A DNA stretch of 64,000 bases, from contig CAVQFQ010000006.1 in the NCBI GenBank assembly GCA_963711835.1, forward strand, positions 101,213-165,212. Reading direction: 5' to 3'. This DNA is from an uncultured delta proteobacterium. GTDB taxonomy: Bacteria > Desulfobacterota > RBG-13-43-22. Of the stretch, positions 49,193-58,724 are shown piece after piece. A program made the translations under genes and the position numbers. Position 1 is the stretch's first letter. The number at the start of each line of letters is the position of its first letter. The notes beneath the pieces were generated by a model. The model saw only the letters and a list, made by a program, of their open reading frames with translations. It made no database searches and had not been told where the DNA came from.

Positions 49193-50701
49193 ATGACCGG
49201 TATCGTCTCTTTTGGCGGATATATTCCCAGACTGCGCCTAAAACGGCAAAGCATCGTTCAAAGTATGGCCTGGCTGGCGCCGGCCATCGCTTCCGTGGCC
49301 CAGGGGGAGCGCTCCTTCTGCAGTTGGGATGAGGACAGCCTGACCATGGCCGTTGCCGCTTCCCGGGATTGCCTGGCCGGACAGGATAAAGCCGCTACCG
49401 ACGCGGTTTTTCTCAGTTCCACCACCCTGCCTTTTTCCGACCGTCTTAATGCCGGTATTGTTAAGACCGCCCTTAATTTGAATGACGAGGTCCAGGCCGC
49501 GGACTTTTCCTCCTGCCTTCGGGCCGGCACCACAGCCTTACTGAACGCCCTGTCCATGGTGCGCAGCGGTGACCAAAAACAAATCCTGGTCACTGCCGCC
49601 GACAAGAGGATGTCCAAGGCGGCCTCTTTCAATGAAATGTATTTCGGCGACGGGGCGGCTTCGCTGCTTATCGGCCAGGATCGGGTCATCGCCGAATTTA
49701 AGGGCTCCTATACGGTCACCCATGATTTTGTCGATCATTACCGGGGCTCCGATAAAAAAACGGATTACCTATGGGAGGAACGCTGGATCCGGGATGAAGG
49801 CTACGGCAAGATAATCCCCCAGGCTGTTACCGGCCTCCTTAAAAAATGTTCCCTCTCCATGACCGATGTCCGGAAGTTGGTCTTCCCTTGCCCCTTCAAG
49901 GCCGAACAGCGCCGCATCGCCAAAAAACTTGGGGCCGAACCAGATCAACTGGCCGACAACCTCCATGAGGTCTGCGGGGAAACCGGGGCCGCCCATCCCT
50001 TGATCATGTTGATCAAGGCCCTGGAGGAAGCCCGGCCCGGGGATCGGATCGTGGCCGCCGGATTCGGCCAGGGATGTGATGCCCTTTACTTCCAGGTAAC
50101 CGAAGACATTCTTAAGCTCTCTCCCCGCCAGGGCTTTTCAGGTTCGCTGGCCCGCAAGCTGACCGTTGACAATTATCTGAAGTTCCTGAAGTTCAGGGAT
50201 CAGATAGACACCGAAATGGGCATCCGGGCTGAGGCCCCGACCCAAACGGCTATGACCGTCCTCTGGCGAAAACGGGACATGGTTCTGGGATTGGTAGGGG
50301 GTAAATGCCGGGTCTGCGGGACAGCCCAGTTCCCCCGGATGGATATCTGCGTTAATCCCGACTGCCTGGCAGTCAAAAGCCAGGAGCCCCATGAGTTTGC
50401 CGATCTCCCGGCCCGGATCATGAGTTTTACCAAGGACTACCTGACCGTTTCGGTCAACCCCCCCGGGATTTACGGAATGATCGAGTTCGAGGAAGGCGGC
50501 CGGTTTATGGCCGATTTTACCGATTGCGATCAGGTCTCGGTTAAGGTGGGTCAGCCTGTAGCCATGAGTTTCCGCAGGCGCTACCTTGATAAAGAACGGG
50601 GCTTCAGCGGCTACTTCTGGAAGGCCGTGCCGGATACAACGATCGGATACTGGATAATGGCAAAATGCGATACTGGATACTGGTTACTGGATACTGGATA
50701 A
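49193..50701 (+). CDS. HMG-CoA-synthase-like domain fused to a DUF35 Zn-ribbon/OB-fold domain
   Basis: GYIPRLRL, DEDSLTMA, GDGAA; CRVC...CVNPDC and YFWKAVP. Confidence 0.85.
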   Translation: MTGIVSFGGYIPRLRLKRQSIVQSMAWLAPAIASVAQGERSFCSWDEDSLTMAVAASRDCLAGQDKAATDAVFLSSTTLPFSDRLNAGIVKTALNLNDEVQAADFSSCLRAGTTALLNALSMVRSGDQKQILVTAADKRMSKAASFNEMYFGDGAASLLIGQDRVIAEFKGSYTVTHDFVDHYRGSDKKTDYLWEERWIRDEGYGKIIPQAVTGLLKKCSLSMTDVRKLVFPCPFKAEQRRIAKKLGAEPDQLADNLHEVCGETGAAHPLIMLIKALEEARPGDRIVAAGFGQGCDALYFQVTEDILKLSPRQGFSGSLARKLTVDNYLKFLKFRDQIDTEMGIRAEAPTQTAMTVLWRKRDMVLGLVGGKCRVCGTAQFPRMDICVNPDCLAVKSQEPHEFADLPARIMSFTKDYLTVSVNPPGIYGMIEFEEGGRFMADFTDCDQVSVKVGQPVAMSFRRRYLDKERGFSGYFWKAVPDTTIGYWIMAKCDTGYWLLDTG

Positions 50702-50772
50702 AAACAAAGAACGATGCTTGATAAAAAGGGATCATCCACCATCCAGTATCCAGTAACCAGTATCCAGTATCG
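50668..50772. repeat. Perfect 32-bp inverted repeat built from GATACTG heptamers
   Basis: Arms 50668-50699 and 50741-50772 are exact reverse complements. Confidence 0.9.
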
Positions 50773-50797
50773 AGTTTCATAACCAAGGAGAACTTAT

Positions 50798-52000
50798 ATG
50801 GCTACCGGAATTAGAGATAAAGTTGCGATTATCGGAATGGGCTGCACCCGCTTCGGTGAACGCTGGGAGTCAGGCGCTGAAGAACTTATGGTCGAAGCCT
50901 TTAACGAATGCATCGAGGATGCCGGTGTTGACCGTAAGGATATCCAGGCCGCCTGGCAAAGCACCTGTATTGAACAGATCAACGTCGGCCGAAGCGCCCT
51001 CCCTTTATCAACTACCTTGCGCCTGCCTTTTATCCCGGTGACCCGGGTGGAAAACTTTTGCGCCAGCGGCACCGAGGCCTTCCGCGGAGCGGTCTATGCC
51101 GTAGCCTCTGGGGCCTATGATACCTGTCTGGCCCTGGGCGTGGAGAAATTAAAAGACACCGGCTATGGGGGGTTGCCCGCCGCCGGGTCCGATCTGGGCT
51201 CCTTGAACTGGCTCTGGTATCCCAACTGGACGGCACCGGGGGCCTTTGCCCAACTGGCTACTGCCTATGCCGCCAAATATCAGATCGCCGAGCAAGACCT
51301 GAAGCGGGCCATGGCTCAGGTCTCCGTTAAAAGCCATGCCAACGGCGTCCTGAATCCCAAGGCCCATCTTCGAAAGGCCGTGACCATCGAACAGGTCTTG
51401 GCTGCTCCGATCGTGGCCTATCCGCTGGGGCTGTTCGACTGCTGCGGGGTGAGCGACGGGGCCGCCTGTGCCATCGTTACCACGGTCGAAAGGGCCCGGG
51501 CCATGGGCATTCGGAATCCGGTAACGGTCAAAGCCCTGCAACTGGCCCTGAGCAGCGGGGAAGAGATGGGTTATAAAGGCTGGGACGGGAGTTATTTCAT
51601 GACCACGGACCGCTGCAGCACTATGGCTTATAAGGAGGCCGGGATCACCAATCCCAAGGAAGAGATCAGCATGATGGAACTCCATGACTGCTTCTCCATC
51701 ACCGAACTGGTCACTTATGAAGACCTGCATATCTCCGAAAGAGGCCGGGCCTGGCAGGATGTGCTGGATGGGATGTATAACCGGGATGGCCAAGTCCCGG
51801 CTCAGGTGGATGGGGGGTTGAAGTGTTTCGGTCATCCTATCGGGGCCTCGGGTCTGCGGATGCTCTATGAGATGTATCTGCAGCTCCAGGGCCGGGCCGG
51901 AGAACGGCAGCTTAAGGATCCCCGGTACGGCCTGACCCACAACTTGGGGGGGCGCCCTTTTCAAAACGTCTGCAGCATCGCCATTGTAGGACGTTCCTAA
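50798..52000 (+). CDS. Thiolase (SCP2-type acetyl-CoA acetyltransferase)
   Basis: VENFCASG, HDCF, GHPIGASG and HNLGG. Confidence 0.92.
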   Translation: MATGIRDKVAIIGMGCTRFGERWESGAEELMVEAFNECIEDAGVDRKDIQAAWQSTCIEQINVGRSALPLSTTLRLPFIPVTRVENFCASGTEAFRGAVYAVASGAYDTCLALGVEKLKDTGYGGLPAAGSDLGSLNWLWYPNWTAPGAFAQLATAYAAKYQIAEQDLKRAMAQVSVKSHANGVLNPKAHLRKAVTIEQVLAAPIVAYPLGLFDCCGVSDGAACAIVTTVERARAMGIRNPVTVKALQLALSSGEEMGYKGWDGSYFMTTDRCSTMAYKEAGITNPKEEISMMELHDCFSITELVTYEDLHISERGRAWQDVLDGMYNRDGQVPAQVDGGLKCFGHPIGASGLRMLYEMYLQLQGRAGERQLKDPRYGLTHNLGGRPFQNVCSIAIVGRS

Positions 52001-52065
52001 CCTTAAACCTCAAGCGCTGTCGGACCAGAGCGGTCCTCAAACCTTAATCCCAAGAAGGAGGATGA

Positions 52066-53280
52066 ATGGACTTCAGTTTCACACTCGAAGAAGAGGCCTT
52101 CCGCGAAGAATTCATCTCCTGGCTGACCCAAAACCTCCCCGAAAACTGGAATGCCCTCCATTACACGGTTTATGAATCCCAGGAAGAATGGGGACGGCTC
52201 TACCGGGAGTTCCAAAATAAATTGTTCCGGGCCGGCTATGCCGGGCTTCATTATCCGGCGGAATTCGGGGGCCGGGGGAAGACCCTGATCCAGGAGCTGA
52301 TGGTTTCCGAGACCATCGCTTCTACCTGCCTGGAGCTTAAAATTCCGGGAGTCGTCACCCACGGCATGGCCGCTCCCCTGCTCTTCCTTTGCGGCCGGGA
52401 AGATCAAAAAAAAGAATTCCTGCCCAAGATCTTCGATGGAACCCATATCTGGTGCCAGGGCTTCAGCGAACCGAACGCCGGTTCCGATGTGGCCAATATC
52501 GGCACCCGGGCACTAAAACAGAACGGCACCTATATCGTCAACGGACAGAAGGTTTGGACCTCTTTCGCCCACCTGGCGGATTACGCTCTTCTGCTGGTCC
52601 GGACGGACTCCCAAGGCCCCAAGCATAAGGGCTTGACCTACCTGCTGCTGGATATGAAGCTGCCCGGCGTCGAGGTCCGTCCGGTGAGGCAGATAACCGG
52701 CGAAGCTGAATTCAATGAAATCTTTCTGGAAGATGTCCGCATACCCGAAGCCATGCGGATTGGCCCGGAAGGGGAAGGCTGGCGTATCGCCATTTCCACC
52801 CTCATGTTTGAACGGGCCATGGGCGATGCGGTCATGGCCGGCGCTTATCTGCGCAATATCCGCAGTCTGATGGACTTGGCCCGGCAGATGAAGCGTTCCG
52901 GCAGATCGGTCCTTGAGGATCCTGTTTTTCGGCAGCAAATAGGCCAAGCCTATATCCGGGTCATGGCCGTCAAAATGCACGGCTATCGCAGCCTCTGCCA
53001 TCTGCTCCGGGGGAATGTCCCCGGTCCCGAAGGGTCTATCGGAAAAATCCTTTGGAGCGAGACCAATCAAAGACTTTGCGAAACGGCCATGCAGATCCAG
53101 GGGCCTTTCAGTCAGCTCACCAAAGGCTCGCCCTGGGCGGTGCGCGACGGTATGTGGCAGTACTTATTCCTGAAATCCAAGGGCAGCACTATCGCCGCCG
53201 GGACAACCGAGGTGTTGCGGAATATTATCGGGGAAAGGATCCTGGGCCTGCCCAAGGATACCTCCAGAGTAAACAGGTAA
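52066..53280 (+). CDS. Acyl-CoA dehydrogenase (WCQGFSEP subtype)
   Basis: WCQGFSEPNAGSD, NGQKVWTS and TIAAGTTEVLRNII. Confidence 0.92.
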   Translation: MDFSFTLEEEAFREEFISWLTQNLPENWNALHYTVYESQEEWGRLYREFQNKLFRAGYAGLHYPAEFGGRGKTLIQELMVSETIASTCLELKIPGVVTHGMAAPLLFLCGREDQKKEFLPKIFDGTHIWCQGFSEPNAGSDVANIGTRALKQNGTYIVNGQKVWTSFAHLADYALLLVRTDSQGPKHKGLTYLLLDMKLPGVEVRPVRQITGEAEFNEIFLEDVRIPEAMRIGPEGEGWRIAISTLMFERAMGDAVMAGAYLRNIRSLMDLARQMKRSGRSVLEDPVFRQQIGQAYIRVMAVKMHGYRSLCHLLRGNVPGPEGSIGKILWSETNQRLCETAMQIQGPFSQLTKGSPWAVRDGMWQYLFLKSKGSTIAAGTTEVLRNIIGERILGLPKDTSRVNR

Positions 53281-53308
53281 TTTTGGAAACAAAATTCGAA
53301 ATGGCTGA

Positions 53309-53392
53309 CCCCCACCCCTCCCTCCCCCATCTCAGGGGGAGGGTCTCTTTCTACTTCCCCTCCCCTGGTGGGAGGGGATTGAGGGGAGGGGG
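53309..53392. repeat. C/G-rich REP-like palindromic element
   Basis: CCCCCACCCCTCCCTCCCCC...GGGGGAGGG and CCCCTCCC...GGGAGGGG...GGGGAGGGGG. Confidence 0.65.
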
Positions 53393-53445
53393 ATCAGGTA
53401 TTTTTCACGCTGCGTGTGTGCCCGCTAGTGTAGGTAGGAGAACCT

Positions 53446-54630
53446 ATGGATATCCGGTTAAGCGATGAACAGATGGAGATGGCCAGGCAGGCCCGGAAGT
53501 TCTTCGAGAAAGAATGCCCCCCGGCCTGGGTTCGGGCCATGATGGCAGAAGATCGGGGTTTTACCGAGGAATTTTGGGATAAACTGCTGCAAATGGGCTG
53601 GCTGGGCATGCACCTCCCCGAGTCGGAGGGCGGCCTCGGTCTGAAATTAATGGACTTGATGGTTGTGCTTGAAGAGATGGGACGCGCACTGATGCCGGGG
53701 CCCTTCTTCTCCACCGTCCTCCTGGCAGCCGAGGTAATCCGTGAGGGCGGGACCGCTCTTCAAAAAAATGGCACCCTTTCCGCCATAGCTGCGGGCCGCC
53801 TGCGGGGCACCCTGGCGCTCTATGAACCGGAAGGAGGAGCCGACCCGGGATACATTCACCTAAATGCCAAAGCCGATGGAAACGGCTATATTTTGAAGGG
53901 GATCAAGCTCTTTGTCCCTGATGCCCATGTTTCCCATTTCCTGATCTGCGCCGCCAGGACTCAGGACGGCCAGATCCCTTTCCAAGGCCTGACCCTTTTT
54001 TTTGTTCCCCAGGACAGCCCCGATATGACCATTTCCCTTTTGCCGACCATGGATGCGACCCGAAAACTCTGCGCCGTGGAATTCCATGGGGTCCGGATAG
54101 GCCCTGAAAATATCCTGGGTCAGGTTCATCAGGGCGGTATTGCCTTAAAGAAGGCTTTGCAGGCTGCCCAAGTCGGATTGTGCGCCGATTCCATCGGCCT
54201 TGCCCAGCGGGCCATGGAAATGGCTGTCGCCTATGCCAAGATCCGGATCCAGTTCGACCAGCCCATTGGAGCCTTTCAGGCCGTCAAACATCACTGCGCC
54301 CGGATGTTTGAAGAGGTGGAAAGTGCCCGCTCGATGCTCTATTGGGCGGCCTGGGCCTTGGACCAAACCGAACCCGAGGAAGCGGCCCGGGCGGTCGCGG
54401 CAGCCAAGGCCATCTGTTCAGAGATGGCTGACCGGGTCGTCTCCAATGCCATTCAGGTCTTGGGCGGGACCGGGTTCTCCTGGGAGCACGACATTCATCT
54501 CTATCTCAAACGGGCCAAGGCCAATGAAGCGGCCCTGGGGGATCCGGTTTATCACCGGGAACTGATAGTGCAAATGCTCGAGAAATCATCAGCCGGAGGA
54601 GCGTCCGCTCCGGGCGGAATTGAGGTTTAA
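53446..54630 (+). CDS. Acyl-CoA dehydrogenase, probable partner subunit
   Basis: EEMGRAL, RIQFDQPIGAFQAVKH and GGTGFSWEHDIHLYLKRA. Confidence 0.9.
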   Translation: MDIRLSDEQMEMARQARKFFEKECPPAWVRAMMAEDRGFTEEFWDKLLQMGWLGMHLPESEGGLGLKLMDLMVVLEEMGRALMPGPFFSTVLLAAEVIREGGTALQKNGTLSAIAAGRLRGTLALYEPEGGADPGYIHLNAKADGNGYILKGIKLFVPDAHVSHFLICAARTQDGQIPFQGLTLFFVPQDSPDMTISLLPTMDATRKLCAVEFHGVRIGPENILGQVHQGGIALKKALQAAQVGLCADSIGLAQRAMEMAVAYAKIRIQFDQPIGAFQAVKHHCARMFEEVESARSMLYWAAWALDQTEPEEAARAVAAAKAICSEMADRVVSNAIQVLGGTGFSWEHDIHLYLKRAKANEAALGDPVYHRELIVQMLEKSSAGGASAPGGIEV

Positions 54631-54676
54631 GATTAAAATCCTCAAACCTCCAGCTCCCCACTTATAGCAGGGTTTC

Positions 54677-55945
54677 ATGTATTACGGCTGGATCATTGTT
54701 GCTGTGGCTTTCGTCACTTTGGGGATCGCCTTCGGCATCTGGTATTCCTTCTCGGTATTTTTCCTGGTTATTATAAAGGAATTCGGCTGGAGCCGGGCGG
54801 CGGCCTCCAGCATCTTTTCCATTTTTATCATCTCCCAGGCCGTCATGGGTCTGCTGACCGGTTTTCTCCAGGACCGCTTCGGCCCCCGAAAAACCATTCC
54901 TTTCGGCACCGTTCTCCTGGCCCTGGCTCTGGTCCTGACCAGTCAGGCGAGCCGGATGTGGCATTTCAGCCTGGCCTACGGCCTTCTGGCCGGCTCCGGA
55001 ATCAGCCTTTTGGGATTTTCTTCCCATTCGGCCTTTATCCCGAAATGGTTCGAACGGAAGCGAGGCTTGGCCATCGGCATCGCCATGTCCGGCATCGGAT
55101 TCGGGATGCTCTTTCTCGTCCCCCTGGTCGAAAAACTGATCACCTTGTACGGCTGGCGTTTTTCCTATCTTTTCCTGGCGGGACTGGTTCTCTTCCTGGT
55201 AATCCCTTTAAATCTGATTTTTTCCCGGAGAAGCCCGGCCGACCTCAATTTGAAACCGGATGGCGATACCGCCCACCCCTCCCCGACCCGGACCGGTCCG
55301 GCGCTGGTCATGGAGATCGTGGACCCGGATTGGGCCGGAACGGAATGGACCTTGAAGAAGGCCGTGGCCACTAAACGTTTCTGGTTTTTATCGACGGCGT
55401 TTTTCTTCGGCTCCATGGTCTTTCAAAGCACCCTGCTCCACAGCGTTTCGGCTCTGGTGGATGCCGGCTTGAGCCGAACGGCAGCCGCCTATTATTTCGG
55501 CATCCTGGGAATCATGGGCTCTGCCGGGAAAATTTTTTTCGGCTACCTTTCCGATCGCTTCAACCGCGAAACGATCAATAACCTGGCCGGCCTGGTAACG
55601 GCCCTGGGCCTGGCCTGCCTGATTGCCACCGGCCGGGTGGAGGGACCGCTATCCCTGCTGTTTGCCCTGCTTTTCGGTCTGGGCTATGGAGCCGCCGCCC
55701 CTCTTTTTCCTTCCATCAGCGCCGATATCTTTCTGGGCCGGTCTTTCGGTTTTATCTTTTCCGTGATTTGCATCGGAGGAGGGATCGGGGGGGCCCTGGG
55801 TTCTTTTCTTCTCGGTTGGTTACGGGATCTTTCAGGAAACTATTCCATGCCCTTCAGCCTGATCATGATCGGCATCTTTCTGTCCTGTCTTTTCGTTTGG
55901 CTGGCCGCCCCCAGCCAGGTCAGAAAAATGGTCAGGATTACCTAA
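54677..55945 (+). CDS. MFS transporter (monocarboxylate/OFA-like)
   Basis: About 12 TM segments, GFLQDRFGPR and WFERKRGLAIGI. Confidence 0.92.
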   Translation: MYYGWIIVAVAFVTLGIAFGIWYSFSVFFLVIIKEFGWSRAAASSIFSIFIISQAVMGLLTGFLQDRFGPRKTIPFGTVLLALALVLTSQASRMWHFSLAYGLLAGSGISLLGFSSHSAFIPKWFERKRGLAIGIAMSGIGFGMLFLVPLVEKLITLYGWRFSYLFLAGLVLFLVIPLNLIFSRRSPADLNLKPDGDTAHPSPTRTGPALVMEIVDPDWAGTEWTLKKAVATKRFWFLSTAFFFGSMVFQSTLLHSVSALVDAGLSRTAAAYYFGILGIMGSAGKIFFGYLSDRFNRETINNLAGLVTALGLACLIATGRVEGPLSLLFALLFGLGYGAAAPLFPSISADIFLGRSFGFIFSVICIGGGIGGALGSFLLGWLRDLSGNYSMPFSLIMIGIFLSCLFVWLAAPSQVRKMVRIT

Positions 55946-56065
55946 GTCGGAAGCACCCTATCGACTCTCTCCCGGCATAAACAATGAGTTACGAGCTGGA
56001 TCGAGCGACAGGTTGGGAGAGGTTGATTGGGAAAAGAAAGGAAATTTTTTCTCTCAAAAAAAAGC

Positions 56066-56094
56066 TTGACAAGATCGGCCGGTAAAAATATTGT
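56066..56094 (+). promoter_or_regulatory. Putative sigma70 promoter for the lplA-like gene
   Basis: TTGACA-N17-TATTGT, followed by two similar boxes ACCGATATACGAT and ACCGCATATCGTT. Confidence 0.5.
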
Positions 56095-56220
56095 ACCGAT
56101 ATACGATTTATTATACCGCATATCGTTATAAATAATCCAGCCGGTCCTGCTCCTTGATACCAAGAACCGGGTCCTGGAGACGTCCCTGACAGCGATCCAA
56201 CGGAATGGAAAGGCGGCCCC

Positions 56221-57318
56221 ATGAAAGAACTGCGCTACATTCAATGTGACTATTCCTATGCCGATTACTCCACCAGCATCTCGCCCGCTATCGAGCGCAG
56301 CCTGGAGGAAGGGATCTCACCCGCCACGGCGGTGTTGAATATCTTCAGGTCCGACAGCATCACCTCCGGATACCTGGACGACCCGGAAAAGACCATAGAC
56401 CTGGAATACTGCCGGGTGCATCATATCTTGGTCCGCCGCCGCCCGAACACCGGCGGGGCGGTGCTTGGCCCCAAAGGAGGCGCCTTTCTCTGCTTTTACT
56501 TGAATCCCCTCCAGCTTGGACTGCCGCTGACCAACATTAAGGAGGCCTTCCGTGTCTCCCTGACCGGGCTCGCCGAGGCCATAGAAGAATTGTGGGGCAT
56601 CCCGGCCCGTTACCGCCCCCTGAACGACGTGGAGGTGGAAGGCCGCAAAGTGGTGCCCAGTTCGGCCCGTCTGGAAAAGGGCATCCTCAGCCTGAGGCTC
56701 CTGATTAACGTGGTGAACACCGATCGCGAAACCCTGCGTCAGGCCATAAAAACCATCCCCGAGAAAATCAAGGACAAAAAGATCAAGGACCTGGGACAAC
56801 GCTTTACCTGTCTGGAAGACGAAATCGGCCGCCGGATGGTTCCCTCGGATCTGGATGGGCTGGCCAAGCTTACTGTGGACAAGATATTCGGAAGTGAATT
56901 CATCTTAAAGCCCGGGGCGCTCGGCCTGCAGGAAGAAAAATATTTCACGGAATACCAGGACAAGTTTAACTCCGAAGAATGGTTTTTCGGAAACTCCGAG
57001 AGGCTCCGCTTCAAAAACATTCCAGCCGATGCCGTCAAGTCGGAAGGCTGCCAGAAAGCGGTGGCCGGACTGATCCGGGTCACGCTGCTGACCCGGGCAG
57101 GCCGGATCCACGATCTCATCATAACGGGTGACTTTCATCCTTCCCCTTACGGAGTCATCAAAGACATGGAAGACGCCCTCCGGGGAACCGAATGCGGCCT
57201 GGAGGGTGTCCACCGAAAACTGGAGGCCCTTTATGCCCGGCCGGGCGTCGAAATGGCCGGGGTCGAGATACAGGATTTTCTGGCCGCTTTCGACAAGGCC
57301 TTTAATCAGGAGGCCTGA
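56221..57318 (+). CDS. Lipoate-protein ligase A family protein
   Basis: RRPNTGGAV, NDVEVEGRK, C-terminal domain with ITGDF. Confidence 0.82.
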   Translation: MKELRYIQCDYSYADYSTSISPAIERSLEEGISPATAVLNIFRSDSITSGYLDDPEKTIDLEYCRVHHILVRRRPNTGGAVLGPKGGAFLCFYLNPLQLGLPLTNIKEAFRVSLTGLAEAIEELWGIPARYRPLNDVEVEGRKVVPSSARLEKGILSLRLLINVVNTDRETLRQAIKTIPEKIKDKKIKDLGQRFTCLEDEIGRRMVPSDLDGLAKLTVDKIFGSEFILKPGALGLQEEKYFTEYQDKFNSEEWFFGNSERLRFKNIPADAVKSEGCQKAVAGLIRVTLLTRAGRIHDLIITGDFHPSPYGVIKDMEDALRGTECGLEGVHRKLEALYARPGVEMAGVEIQDFLAAFDKAFNQEA

Positions 57319-57374
57319 CAACAGCACTCGGAATAAGATGTCGTCTAAAAACAACCACCAGGAGGGAACCGTTC

Positions 57375-57770
57375 ATGGGAAAAAAATACCAGCAATGCAT
57401 CGTCAGCCAACCGAAAATAATCGACGTTTTTCCAGCCCATGCGCCGGGCAAATATCAAATTCTGATGGATGGGGAGATGGTCCCCGGGGCGGATTTTTTT
57501 ATCGCCGGCGGCATCCACCACAAAATCCATCAGGCGGAGCCGATCATCCAAAAGCATCATCATGCTGTCAGCGAGGCTTACCTGTTTATAGGCAAGAAGG
57601 GGGACGCGGAGATCGAAGTGGAACTCGGCGATGAAATCTATACCGCAACCAGCCCCTGTGCCGTTTATGTTCCGGCAGGGGTCAAGCATACCTATCGCTA
57701 CAAAAGGATAGACGGGCCGTTGACGGTAGTGGCCATCGTGCAAAGCGGGGAATATGTTCCGATTAGTTAG
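57375..57770 (+). CDS. Cupin-domain protein
   Basis: [13 protein letters not shown] and VYVPAGVKH. Confidence 0.8.
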   Translation: MGKKYQQCIVSQPKIIDVFPAHAPGKYQILMDGEMVPGADFFIAGGIHHKIHQAEPIIQKHHHAVSEAYLFIGKKGDAEIEVELGDEIYTATSPCAVYVPAGVKHTYRYKRIDGPLTVVAIVQSGEYVPIS

Positions 57771-57772
57771 GG

Positions 57773-57900
57773 TGTCTGTTTGCTTCCATCATGAATGACC
57801 GCGATCGCGCAGCCGGGCGCTCCGGCGTAGGCGCGGTCTTGGGCAGCAAGAACCTCAAGGCCGTGGCGGTTAAGGGCAGTGGCCAGGTTCCACCGGCGGA
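57773..57900 (+). pseudogene. Internal fragment of a second aldehyde:ferredoxin oxidoreductase gene
   Basis: Hand translation: [39 protein letters not shown]. Confidence 0.8.
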
Positions 57901-57935
57901 TCCGATCGGATTGGACGAGGAAAAGATATTCCGAA

Positions 57936-58724
57936 ATGCGTGACAAGGATTTCATCAAATCTTTCGGCAAAGGATTTGCCATCCTGGAGCTGATGGGCAA
58001 GTCCGAAAAGCCCCTTTCGCTCACCGAAATTGCCAACCAACTGGGTTACAATAAGACGGCCACCCAGCGCTTTCTCTACAGCCTGGTCAACCTGGGCTAT
58101 GCCAAGAAAACGGAGGGCAAAAGGTACTCTTTGGGGTACAAGGTCCTCAGCCTGGGTGTCAACTTTCAAAGGAGCGACAAGCTCTACACCCTGGCCCAAC
58201 CCTACCTGGAAGACTTGTCCAAACAGCTTCAGCGAAGCCTGACCCTTGGTGTGTTGATCGACACGGAGGTGCTCATCCTCTATCGCAAGGAGGTGAAACG
58301 GTTTTTCCCCTATGCCATCTACGCCGGGTCGAAAATGCCCGCCCACTGTTCTTCAACCGGCAAAGTACTCCTGGCCGGACTCCCCGACTCCGAACTGGAC
58401 CAACTGCTGGACCGGATGCCACTTCCGCTCCTCACCCCTAAAACCAAGGTTCGGAAAGAAGATATTATCAAGGAGGTCCAAAAAACGCGCCAGCGGGGGT
58501 ACGCCGTTTCCGACCAGGAGTTTTCTCTGGATCTCTTTGCCATCGGCTTCCCGATACTGGACCAGGAATCCCGAGTGGCGGCTGCCCTGACCGTCTCGAT
58601 TAATGTCGCTGAAAAGAAAGACAAAAAACTTCTTGAAAGCGTCAAGAATAGTTTAATCGAAACCTGCCGGTTTATCTCCAAGGGCCTGGGATACGAAGGT
58701 CCCTACCCTGTTATCACCTCCTGA
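57936..58724 (+). CDS. IclR-family transcriptional regulator
   Basis: [15 protein letters not shown] region, [13 protein letters not shown] and RGYAVSDQE. Confidence 0.93.
   Translation: MRDKDFIKSFGKGFAILELMGKSEKPLSLTEIANQLGYNKTATQRFLYSLVNLGYAKKTEGKRYSLGYKVLSLGVNFQRSDKLYTLAQPYLEDLSKQLQRSLTLGVLIDTEVLILYRKEVKRFFPYAIYAGSKMPAHCSSTGKVLLAGLPDSELDQLLDRMPLPLLTPKTKVRKEDIIKEVQKTRQRGYAVSDQEFSLDLFAIGFPILDQESRVAAALTVSINVAEKKDKKLLESVKNSLIETCRFISKGLGYEGPYPVITS

Noticed and set aside
50641-50772. CRISPR array
   Set aside because: The units are 7-bp tandem repeats with no unique spacers, and no cas genes are present.
52002-54631. 12-bp inverted repeat CTTAAACCTCAA / TTGAGGTTTAAG bracketing the ACAD pair as a mobile cassette
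   Set aside because: The right arm already pairs locally (TTGAGG/CCTCAA). Both look like short low-complexity repeats, with no target duplication or recombinase.
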